53,660 bases of DNA, from the IMG/VR virus record IMGVR_UViG_3300045988_169069. The stretch is one strand, 5' to 3'. The translations under genes and the position numbers were made by a program. Shown piece by piece: positions 38,988 to 46,866 of this stretch. The DNA comes from a virus. The notes below the pieces were generated by a model that worked only from the letters and a program-made list of their open reading frames with translations, did not search any database and had not been told where the DNA came from. Each line of letters opens with the position of its first letter. The first letter of the stretch is position 1.

Positions 38988-40427
38988 ATGCTTACAGAAA
39001 AGGATTTGCATGTATACCAAAAAGCTTGCGTAGAACATATAATTGACAATCCATATTGTGGTGTATTCTTAGATATGGGCCTTGGCAAAACTGTTTCTAC
39101 ACTTACAGCTATTAACTATCTCATGAATGACTATTGCGAAATAAACTCTGTGCTTGTAATAGCTCCTAAAAGAGTTGCTGAGTCAGTATGGCAAGAAGAA
39201 GCAGAAAAATGGGAGCATTTAAAGCAATTGAGGTTTTCAAAGATAATAGGCAATGAAGCAGAGAGAATAAAAGCTATAAAAGCAAAAGCTGATGTATACA
39301 TAATATCAAGAGACAATGTAGCTTGGCTATGTGCATTGTTTGGTGGAGGTAAACTCCCATTTGACATGTGTGTAATAGATGAATTGAGTAGTTTTAAGAG
39401 CTATAAGTCACTGAGATTTAAAGCACTGAGAGCAGCAAGGCCTTTTATGAAACGACTAGTTGGCTTAACAGGAACTCCAGCTCCAAATGGCCTTATTGAT
39501 TTATGGCCGCAGATTTACCTGATGGACAGAGGCATTCGTTTAGAAAAGACTATAACGAGATACAGAGAAAAATACTTCCGTCCTGGTAAAACTAATGGTT
39601 CTATAGTGTATTCATATAATATTCTTGAAGATTCAGAAAAATTAATACACGAAAAAATAGAAGATATATGTATCAGTATGAAAGCGCAAGATTATTTAAG
39701 CATGCCTTTTAGAACTGATAACATAATAAAGCTTAGAATGCCAGACACTATAAAAAAGCAATACAATGATTTTGAGAAAAACAAGGTGCTAGATTTGATT
39801 AATACCACACAGACTGTAGAAGAGGAAGATGAGAATGGCAACTCAATATTTGTAGAAAAGCCGTTGGAAATAAATGTGGTTAATGCAGCTGCTCTTTCAA
39901 ATAAGTTACTGCAGTTTGCGAATGGCGCTGTGTATGATGAGGAAAGAAAAGTATTTCCAGTTCATAATATTAAACTTGAAGCTCTTAAAGAGATAATTGA
40001 AGATGCAAACGGCCAATCTGTGCTTGTTGCTTGGACATACCAATTTGACAGGGACAGAATCAAAGAATACCTAAAAGCCTATAAGCCAAGAGAGTTGAAA
40101 ACAAATAAAGATATACAAGAATGGAACGAAGGGAAAATTCAAGTAATGTTAGCACATCCAGCTTCAGCTGGACACGGCCTGAATTTACAGTCAGGAGGGA
40201 ATATAATAGTTTGGTTTGGCCAAACGTGGAGCCTAGAGCTATATCAACAGTTCAATGCTCGTTTGTACAGACAAGGACAGCAAAACCATGTGATTATAAA
40301 TCATCTTGTGATGCTTGGCACCCACGATGAAGACGTGATAAGTTCATTAAGACAGAAAGACAAAAAACAAAATTGCTTGATGGATAGCATCAAAGCAAAA
40401 ATTGAAAAATATAAAAAATTTTTATAG
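38988..40427 (+). CDS. SNF2-family helicase
   Basis: Motif I DMGLGKTVS, motif II VIDELSSFK, motif III LTGTPAPNG, and C-terminal SAGHGLNLQ and ARLYRQGQ. Confidence 0.9.
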   Translation: MLTEKDLHVYQKACVEHIIDNPYCGVFLDMGLGKTVSTLTAINYLMNDYCEINSVLVIAPKRVAESVWQEEAEKWEHLKQLRFSKIIGNEAERIKAIKAKADVYIISRDNVAWLCALFGGGKLPFDMCVIDELSSFKSYKSLRFKALRAARPFMKRLVGLTGTPAPNGLIDLWPQIYLMDRGIRLEKTITRYREKYFRPGKTNGSIVYSYNILEDSEKLIHEKIEDICISMKAQDYLSMPFRTDNIIKLRMPDTIKKQYNDFEKNKVLDLINTTQTVEEEDENGNSIFVEKPLEINVVNAAALSNKLLQFANGAVYDEERKVFPVHNIKLEALKEIIEDANGQSVLVAWTYQFDRDRIKEYLKAYKPRELKTNKDIQEWNEGKIQVMLAHPASAGHGLNLQSGGNIIVWFGQTWSLELYQQFNARLYRQGQQNHVIINHLVMLGTHDEDVISSLRQKDKKQNCLMDSIKAKIEKYKKFL

Positions 40428-40428
40428 T

Positions 40429-40935
40429 ATGAAAGAAAAAAGCTTATTCAAAGATTTTGTTGCATTTGTTAATAAAAATGTAGGTAAGGAAATTACAAGA
40501 AAGCAACTGTTTGAACTTAATTCAGAAAGAGTAAAAGCAGATGGATTCAGTGGCAACACTACAATCGACAGTTACAGGAATATAGCTACTAAACAAGGCT
40601 ATATTGAAATTATAACACAAGGCTGTTACAAAGTACTTAAACCAATTCCAGAAGATTATGTTATCATAAAAGATAAATTTGGAAAAAGCGACTGTATAAG
40701 AAAATCAGTAGACAGAACTCCAGAGTATCTTATATATGTAAGAGATTACATTAATGAGCATATGAAAAAAGGAGATATGCTCACACGTCGTGATGTATAC
40801 GATTTGATAATGCAAAAGTATTTTTATTTCGATTGCAAATCAATTGAAAACAGAACAAATAAATGCTTAGTAACATTTATAAATACTGGCAAGATTAAAA
40901 GAATTAGTCAAGGATATTATAGAATTATACAATAA
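40429..40935 (+). CDS. Protein with two copies of a ~65-aa winged-helix-like repeat
   Basis: ORF-track start 40402 is TTG inside the SNF2 gene; the ATG at 40429 follows its stop. The two halves align with each other and with the next ORF (F/Y-V/M-x-D/F-I/V-N ... G-x-E/M-I/L-T-R ... I-D/E-x-Y/R ... G-x-Y-x-V/I-L/I). Confidence 0.6.
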   Translation: MKEKSLFKDFVAFVNKNVGKEITRKQLFELNSERVKADGFSGNTTIDSYRNIATKQGYIEIITQGCYKVLKPIPEDYVIIKDKFGKSDCIRKSVDRTPEYLIYVRDYINEHMKKGDMLTRRDVYDLIMQKYFYFDCKSIENRTNKCLVTFINTGKIKRISQGYYRIIQ

Positions 40936-41177
40936 TGGCAAAATATTACCCTTACATGAGAGATTTCATCAATTCTAGAATTGGCCAAGAAATCACGAGA
41001 AATCAATTAATTGTTTTAGATGTGAATCTAGGTTTTAATACATCTAATAACACGATAGACAGATATAAGTCAGAGCTTATTAAACTAGGCGTGCTAAAAC
41101 GTGCTAAACACGGCGCATATACAGTTTTGAAAAAAGCTCCAGCTAAGCTATATAAAGAGCTAAAATGTGTTAAATAA
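40935..41177 (+). CDS. Single-copy paralogue of the same ~65-aa domain
   Basis: YYPYMRDFINSRIGQEITRNQL...NTIDRYKSELIKLGVLKRAKHGAYTVLK aligns to both repeats of the upstream ORF. Confidence 0.6.
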   Translation: MAKYYPYMRDFINSRIGQEITRNQLIVLDVNLGFNTSNNTIDRYKSELIKLGVLKRAKHGAYTVLKKAPAKLYKELKCVK

Positions 41178-41221
41178 TAAAGAATTATAGGAATAAATTT
41201 TGGTATATCAAAAAATATTTT

Positions 41222-41229
41222 TATATTTG
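41222..41229 (+). promoter_or_regulatory. Bacteroidota-type -7 box TAtaTTTG heading the nucleotide-modification operon
   Basis: TATATTTGCAGTGTAACA read directly, 33 nt upstream of the ATG at 41262. Confidence 0.5.
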
Positions 41230-41261
41230 CAGTGTAACAAAAACTTATAAATAATAACAAT

Positions 41262-43049
41262 ATGAACAGTTTACTTATTACATTAGGGCATGGCTCTTCA
41301 GCATTATTTGTGTACGACAAAGGTAGCAGCGTAATTGGCTACGAGCAAGAACGTCTTTCTGGAATCAAGGCAGATAGCCAGTTTCCAAAAGATGCTATAA
41401 ACGAAATTATCAATAACATTGGTATTCATAAAATGAGTGATTGTAATATATACATATCTCATTGGTTCAATGATTGTACACCTGATAATAAAGCACCGCA
41501 GAAAGTGTTTGAGAGTAAGTATATGACTCATACTGACCATTTGAATCTTCTCAACATATCGAAGAAAATTATCTTCGTAGATAAGAACTTTACGCATCAT
41601 GACGCGCACGCGTGGAGCGCATTCTCTTTCTTTGAACAGCACTTGGACAACACACAGATTGAGCCATATAGCAATAGAATTTGTACGATTGTGGCTGATG
41701 GTTTTGGAACAAATGAAGAGGTACTTTCTATTTATGAAAGCATCAAAGAAGATAACAAAATATCTGAACCAAGACTTATAAAAAGAGTTTTCGGCTATGA
41801 TGCGTCTATTGGATTGATGTATCAATACGCTACTTCATTCTGTGGTATGAAAGAAAACCAAGATGAATATAAGTTTTTAGGTTATGAATCACATATCGAT
41901 GAATACTTGAGTGAAGAAAGCATTGACGCATTAGACCATCTCATTGAATACAATGTAACAAATCTAAAAAAGATGTTTGATGCTAAATCTTCACCTGAAG
42001 ATGGTATACGGCATGCATCATGTGATGAAGAAAACATAATTAATTTCAACAAACTGTCAAATGTTCGCAAATACTGGTATACAACATTCCAAGCTGTTCT
42101 TGAAAACATTAACTTTGTATCTGAGAACAAAGAAACGTATGACTTTATTACGAGATGTATAATTGCATACTTTGTTCAGCAGACAGTTGAAATCTATTTT
42201 AGTCAAATTATTCATGACTATGATATGAGTAATGTGATAGTTGCAGGTGGATGTTTCTACAATGTAAAGCTCAATAATCGTATATTGGAATCTATTCCTG
42301 GCTTATTCTGCGCTATGCCATTAGCAGGCGACCAAGGCGCTGCAATTGGAATGTACAGAAAGTTTACTGGCGAAAACTTCAACTTTGGTAATTTGCTATT
42401 TGGCAAAAGAAGAATGTATAATGCAGAAAAAGCTTTTAGCAATAAAAAAGGTATATATTACTTCAAAGTTGCAGAAAACGGACTAAACAAAATTGCAACG
42501 TCAATAGCAAATGCTATTTCAGATGGTAACTTAGTGAATATTATATACGGGAATATGGAATTTGGCCCGCGTGCTCTTTGTTCTACATCAACGCTGTTTT
42601 TGCCTACCAAAGAAAACGTGGCAAATAACAACCATATGAATAACAGAAATGAGGTTATGCCATGCGCTCCTGTATGTACACAGAAAAATGCTGAGAAGCT
42701 ATTCGGTGAAAGTATTCATAGAGTTGTAGGCTCAAATCGTTTCATGATTTGCACACATGAATATGAGAAACCTTTCTCAAATCAATATGCAGGCGTAATG
42801 CACAAGAAAACATTGGAAGATAATATATATACAGGCCGTCCTCAAATAGTCAGTGAAAAAGAAATCTTGATTAATATGATACTTAACAAGGTTGAAGCTA
42901 TATGTGATGCCAAATGCTTAGTGAATACAAGCTTTAACGTGCATGGACGTCCAATTGTATTTGATGTAAAGGATATACTACAAAACTTTGAATATCAGCG
43001 AGAACATGCTGTTTCTGGAAAAGAGCCGCTGTTATTTGTAATTGAATAA
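41262..43049 (+). CDS. Carbamoyltransferase, NodU/CmcH/TobZ family
   Basis: 595 aa. N-terminal LLITLGHGSSALFVYDKGSSVIGYEQERLSGIKADSQFP and HHDAHAWSAF, the ASKHA/Kae1-like metal motif of Carbam_trans_N. C-terminal NTSFNVHGRPIV is the Carbam_trans_C signature. Confidence 0.8.
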   Translation: MNSLLITLGHGSSALFVYDKGSSVIGYEQERLSGIKADSQFPKDAINEIINNIGIHKMSDCNIYISHWFNDCTPDNKAPQKVFESKYMTHTDHLNLLNISKKIIFVDKNFTHHDAHAWSAFSFFEQHLDNTQIEPYSNRICTIVADGFGTNEEVLSIYESIKEDNKISEPRLIKRVFGYDASIGLMYQYATSFCGMKENQDEYKFLGYESHIDEYLSEESIDALDHLIEYNVTNLKKMFDAKSSPEDGIRHASCDEENIINFNKLSNVRKYWYTTFQAVLENINFVSENKETYDFITRCIIAYFVQQTVEIYFSQIIHDYDMSNVIVAGGCFYNVKLNNRILESIPGLFCAMPLAGDQGAAIGMYRKFTGENFNFGNLLFGKRRMYNAEKAFSNKKGIYYFKVAENGLNKIATSIANAISDGNLVNIIYGNMEFGPRALCSTSTLFLPTKENVANNNHMNNRNEVMPCAPVCTQKNAEKLFGESIHRVVGSNRFMICTHEYEKPFSNQYAGVMHKKTLEDNIYTGRPQIVSEKEILINMILNKVEAICDAKCLVNTSFNVHGRPIVFDVKDILQNFEYQREHAVSGKEPLLFVIE

Positions 43050-43053
43050 TTAT

Positions 43054-43725
43054 ATGAGCAATACTAAATTTGTAGTTTTTTCTGGTGGTTGTTATTCTGG
43101 TAAAACAACCACCATGAAAAAAGCGAAAGAAATATTTGAGAAGCGCGGACTAAAAGTAGTCATGCTAGATGAACTTATAAGGTCTTCAAAACTAGATTGC
43201 AGTATAGACTTGATTCGTAAATCTCCAAGTAGATATTTGCAATTGCAGAATGAAGTAATTATTGGGAAAATCGAGCAAGAAAGAATTCAGCATTTCATGG
43301 ATGAAAAATGTGTTGTATTATGCGACAGAGCTATAACTGATTCAATATTCTATCTTACATTTTATGTAGATAAGTCTCAGCTAACAAGAGATGAATTGCA
43401 GTTACTAGAAGATTTATATGCATATACTGATGAATACGCAAAGTATGCATTCAGCAATGTGTATGACGTAATATATGAGTTTAAGCCATTAAATAATACA
43501 GACAATGATGATACATTCAGGCCAGATGCAATTGATATATCTAAGTTATATGAGCATAGAATGATTAGTACATTGAATACTGCTTACATATCAGATGTTA
43601 ATTGCACTTGTGAACGTTTTTGCATTGATTTAAATACAGTTGAACACAAGAGCAGTATTGAATTTGTTTTCAATACATTAGCTTCGCGTTTTATTAAAGA
43701 ATTAAACCATGGTAACAAATCCTGA
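43054..43725 (+). CDS. P-loop kinase (deoxynucleotide/deoxynucleoside kinase-like)
   Basis: Walker A VVFSGGCYSGKTTT and the dNK-like block VVLCDRAITDSIFY. ORF-track start 43042 is TTG; the first ATG is at 43054. Confidence 0.6.
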   Translation: MSNTKFVVFSGGCYSGKTTTMKKAKEIFEKRGLKVVMLDELIRSSKLDCSIDLIRKSPSRYLQLQNEVIIGKIEQERIQHFMDEKCVVLCDRAITDSIFYLTFYVDKSQLTRDELQLLEDLYAYTDEYAKYAFSNVYDVIYEFKPLNNTDNDDTFRPDAIDISKLYEHRMISTLNTAYISDVNCTCERFCIDLNTVEHKSSIEFVFNTLASRFIKELNHGNKS

Positions 43726-44470
43726 TTTGATATTTACACCTGGATGGAGGTATGTATATGACAGATTCATAAAAGAAGCATATACAAATGCAAGAGGCTT
43801 TAAAGAAGCCATAGGGTTTAGCTATTCATTCGACCCTCGAATGGACCACTGTATGAGTACAAATACTTCATTGTTTGAACTAAGAAAAGCTGCTGCTATG
43901 TATTTTTGGTATAAGCATGCTGACCAATCAGACTTATCTATCATCGAATATTTTGATGAATACAAAAGATGCATTGATGAAAAAAATAACAAATTCAATT
44001 CAAATTATGGATATTATGCATACACACTTGGTGGTTTAAAAAGCTGTATAAAAAAGCTTGCAGACAATCCATATACTAGGCATGCAATGTTTTGTATAAA
44101 TAATATGTATGCTATGAGTGATGCTTCTATAGATAAGCTTTGTACAAATGCTATTCATTTTTTCATAAAGAATAAAATGCTGTTTATGGTTGTACAAATG
44201 AGGTCATCTAATTTTATAACGTTGCTTCCATATGATGCATTTATGTTTTCTGTATTTTATGCCCATGTTTACAATGGGATAAGAAGAAAAATAAATGATT
44301 TGGCTATTGGCAATATTAAAATGCAAGTCGCATCTTTGCATTTTCATGCCAATGATATTTGTAAAATAAAACAAACCGAAGAAATAGATAGCAATATTAT
44401 TGGTGATATGGCTAATAATAATTGGTGTATATTTCTTGAGGATAAATTGCTTAAAGCTATTCAAAAATGA
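43709..44470 (+). CDS. Divergent thymidylate-synthase-fold protein (ThyA/dCMP-hydroxymethylase superfamily), paralogue 1
   Basis: NSNYGYY, NPYTRHA, Cys motif DKLCTNAIHFF, and QMRSSNFITLLPYD aligning without gaps to E. coli ThyA RSCDVFLGLPFN. The final residue is Asp instead of Asn177, and D169 is replaced by N. Confidence 0.6.
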   Translation: MVTNPDLIFTPGWRYVYDRFIKEAYTNARGFKEAIGFSYSFDPRMDHCMSTNTSLFELRKAAAMYFWYKHADQSDLSIIEYFDEYKRCIDEKNNKFNSNYGYYAYTLGGLKSCIKKLADNPYTRHAMFCINNMYAMSDASIDKLCTNAIHFFIKNKMLFMVVQMRSSNFITLLPYDAFMFSVFYAHVYNGIRRKINDLAIGNIKMQVASLHFHANDICKIKQTEEIDSNIIGDMANNNWCIFLEDKLLKAIQK

Positions 44471-44730
44471 ATGATGAAGATAAAACATTGCAACTCATAT
44501 TAGAATATGTGAAGCAAAATAATAAGATACTCAGAGCTAATTATTCATTGTTACAAGAAAACAATGCTCTTCTTAAATATATTAAGAATGAGATAGATAG
44601 GGAATTTAGCACTGAGAATTTGCTTAAGGTTGAAGGAGTCATATTCCTAGCTAATATAGTTGCAAATGTTATATCCAATATCATTTATCATGATTACTTT
44701 GAAGATAAATCTAAGTATAAACAACATTAA
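44467..44730 (+). CDS. Small hypothetical protein with C-terminal hydrophobic helix
   Basis: 87-aa ORF with an ATGA overlap to the upstream gene. Confidence 0.5.
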   Translation: MNDEDKTLQLILEYVKQNNKILRANYSLLQENNALLKYIKNEIDREFSTENLLKVEGVIFLANIVANVISNIIYHDYFEDKSKYKQH

Positions 44731-44741
44731 AATTAATTATT

Positions 44742-44882
44742 ATGCCAGTACATAAAGTTAAAGGTGGTTACCAATTTGGTACAACAGGGAAAGTATATCC
44801 AACTAAGGCTCAAGCTGAAAAGCAAGCAGCTGCTATTTATGCTAGTGGTTATAAAGAAAAAAGTTCATCAAAGAAAAAATAA
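44742..44882 (+). CDS. Possible 46-aa protein (below ORF-track cutoff)
   Basis: Hand translation MPVHKVKGGYQFGTTGKVYPTKAQAEKQAAAIYASGYKEKSSSKKK. This explains the region better than the 5' extension of the 44764 ORF. Confidence 0.45.
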   Translation: MPVHKVKGGYQFGTTGKVYPTKAQAEKQAAAIYASGYKEKSSSKKK

Positions 44883-44889
44883 ACAAGCA

Positions 44890-45384
44890 ATGGATAATAT
44901 TAAAGTACTCAGAGTTAGAGACGTAAAGTTGCCTGAAAGAGGAACAAGTCTATCAGCAGGAATTGATTTTTTCATTCCAAATGATTTCAAAGAAACAACA
45001 CTGCTGCCACATACAGATATACTTATTCCGAGCGGAATATGCGTTGGCCTTCCAAAAGATACTATGCTAATGGGAGCTGAAAAATCTGGAATAGCTTCAT
45101 CCAAATCTGCAAAAGAGAGTTGTGGAATGAAAACAAAAGTGACAGCACATAATACGAGCTTAATAGTCGGTGCAAAAATAGTAGATGAAGATTATCCTGG
45201 CGAAGTACATTTGCACATTGTAAATGTTGGCAATAGAGTAGCGCATTTGACACCTGGGATGAAAATAACACAATTTATTATAGTCCCAGTGTTGTATTCT
45301 GCAGTAGAAGAAGTGTTCGAAAAAGAAGATTTATCTATTGCTAAAACTGACCGAATTGGTGGCTTTGGCTCAACTGGAGTTTAG
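44890..45384 (+). CDS. dut: Trimeric dUTPase-family enzyme with an internal insertion
   Basis: Motifs SAGIDFF, KIVDEDYPGE, GMKITQ and C-terminal DRIGGFGSTG. Start set at MDNIK (44890). An extra segment of about 30 aa (AEKSGIASSKSAKESCGMKTKVTAHNTS) lies between motifs II and III. Confidence 0.8.
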   Translation: MDNIKVLRVRDVKLPERGTSLSAGIDFFIPNDFKETTLLPHTDILIPSGICVGLPKDTMLMGAEKSGIASSKSAKESCGMKTKVTAHNTSLIVGAKIVDEDYPGEVHLHIVNVGNRVAHLTPGMKITQFIIVPVLYSAVEEVFEKEDLSIAKTDRIGGFGSTGV

Positions 45385-45406
45385 CCTGGATATACATAAT
45401 TTCATT

Positions 45407-45468
45407 TCTGGGATGACTTTTATATTTTAATAATAGATTAATAGTCAGCTAAGAGAAGTCATCCCAGA
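45407..45468 (+). terminator. Long-loop palindrome / terminator-like element closing the operon
   Basis: 13-bp perfect arms TCTGGGATGACTT (45407-45419) and AAGTCATCCCAGA (45456-45468) with a 36-nt AT-rich loop. Confidence 0.5.
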
Positions 45469-45481
45469 ATAGCCTAAAATA
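45465..45481 (+). promoter_or_regulatory. Copy of the 17-nt intergenic motif CAGAATAGCCTAAAATA
   Basis: Read directly, 21 nt upstream of the ATG at 45503. Overlaps the right arm of the palindrome. Confidence 0.5.
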
Positions 45482-45502
45482 TATAAACTTTTTTTAATTA
45501 CC

Positions 45503-46006
45503 ATGACAGAAGAAAAAATGCCTCATGGCGCAAAAAGAGTTCGATGCTCTATTAAAAAGAAAACAACTGAGATTCCACAAGTCATTTATACAGAACAATT
45601 TTTCAGATTTGTGGCTATTTATGCTGACAGGTTTAAAGCTACAAATGGATATGGTAGATGGCTTGCTGAATATAAATGGATGGATGAGCATGGATGGTTT
45701 AAGCCAGAAAAGTTAAGAGAACTTTATATAGATATATTAAAAGATACAAGCACTTTATCTTATGTATACTGGGACGCTGTGTATTGTATTTGCGCACAAG
45801 CTCTTGATGCTGCTAAGGCCTTTGCTTCTGCAAACTCATTTGATATTAGAGTTATAACTGGCGAAATTGCTGTAAATGATGATGGCGAAGAGCTTACAGA
45901 CTTATCTATAGAAGAAGCAATAAGTATTTGCAATTCTATGAATGAAGAAGCAGAAGAGATATTATTTAAAGTTTATAACAGTAATACTAATAAAGTGGTA
46001 AAATGA
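45503..46006 (+). CDS. Hypothetical protein
   Basis: 167-aa ORF with an ATGA overlap to the downstream nucleotidyltransferase-like gene. Confidence 0.55.
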   Translation: MTEEKMPHGAKRVRCSIKKKTTEIPQVIYTEQFFRFVAIYADRFKATNGYGRWLAEYKWMDEHGWFKPEKLRELYIDILKDTSTLSYVYWDAVYCICAQALDAAKAFASANSFDIRVITGEIAVNDDGEELTDLSIEEAISICNSMNEEAEEILFKVYNSNTNKVVK

Positions 46007-46725
46007 CAGACAAAGAAAAAATAGCAGATGCTGCGAATAATATGGAGAATAAATATATAAAAAATATACCTGAAAACTTTTGGTTTCTCAGATTTTTAGA
46101 CCAATATATGCAAGGTCATAAAGGCTTTATAGCTGGCGGTTGTTTTAAGAACATTCTCTCAAGAGAAAAAGTGAAAGATGTAGATATTTTCTTTCACAAT
46201 CAATCTGATTTTGATGAGGCTGTTGCACACTTTAATAGCTTAGTTAAAGAGGGCACATGGACTTTTAAATATAGAAATAACAAGGCTTGTGCCTTTCAAG
46301 AAAAAGGCAGTTCTATGTGGGTAGAACTTATTGAATCAGTATTTGGAACGCCTGAAGATATTCTGAATAATTTCGACTTTACCATTACTAAGTTTGCATA
46401 TTACAAGGAGATAGTTCCTGATAATGTGACTAGTATGCCCGCTGATGAGAGTGAAGATTTTCCTTTTGATGACAGCGATGATAAATGGCATTGGGAATAT
46501 ATGCTACTATATCATAGAGATTTTTTTGAGCACTTGCATCAAAAGCGCTTAGTACTAGACAACAAAATTCCTTTTCCAATATCTACTTGGGAGCGCTCAT
46601 ACCGGTATAAGGGTTACGGCTATAACCTCTGTAGAGAATCAAAGAAAAAGTTACTTGACGCTATTAGAAATACAACACCTAAAGATGATGAGTTATCGAT
46701 GTATAATATAGGAGGATGGGATTAG
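46003..46725 (+). CDS. Minimal pol-beta-superfamily nucleotidyltransferase-like protein
   Basis: FIAGGCFKNILSREKVKDVDIFF matches the GG...x(n)...DxD head-domain pattern of CCA-adding/poly(A)-polymerase-type NTases. The rest is unassigned. Confidence 0.45.
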   Translation: MTDKEKIADAANNMENKYIKNIPENFWFLRFLDQYMQGHKGFIAGGCFKNILSREKVKDVDIFFHNQSDFDEAVAHFNSLVKEGTWTFKYRNNKACAFQEKGSSMWVELIESVFGTPEDILNNFDFTITKFAYYKEIVPDNVTSMPADESEDFPFDDSDDKWHWEYMLLYHRDFFEHLHQKRLVLDNKIPFPISTWERSYRYKGYGYNLCRESKKKLLDAIRNTTPKDDELSMYNIGGWD

Positions 46726-46726
46726 T

Positions 46727-46864
46727 ATGGGAAAAATGCAATATGGAGTATTTGGCTCAGTAGGTAAATTACTAAGATACTTTAATACCTACAAACAGGC
46801 TGAGACTTTTAAAATATCTCGGCAAAGATACGATTGGAGTGTTAAACAAATTTGGGTAAAATAG
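46727..46864 (+). CDS. Possible 45-aa protein (below ORF-track cutoff)
   Basis: Hand translation MGKMQYGVFGSVGKLLRYFNTYKQAETFKISRQRYDWSVKQIWVK fills the gap before the second ThyA-like gene. Confidence 0.35.
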   Translation: MGKMQYGVFGSVGKLLRYFNTYKQAETFKISRQRYDWSVKQIWVK

Positions 46865-46866
46865 TT

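Noticed and set aside
44764-44889. N-terminal 42-aa extension of the dUTPase ORF given by the ORF track
   Set aside because: The extension starts at a non-ATG codon and overlaps a better small ORF (44742-44882) in another frame. The dUTPase motifs all lie downstream of the ATG at 44890.
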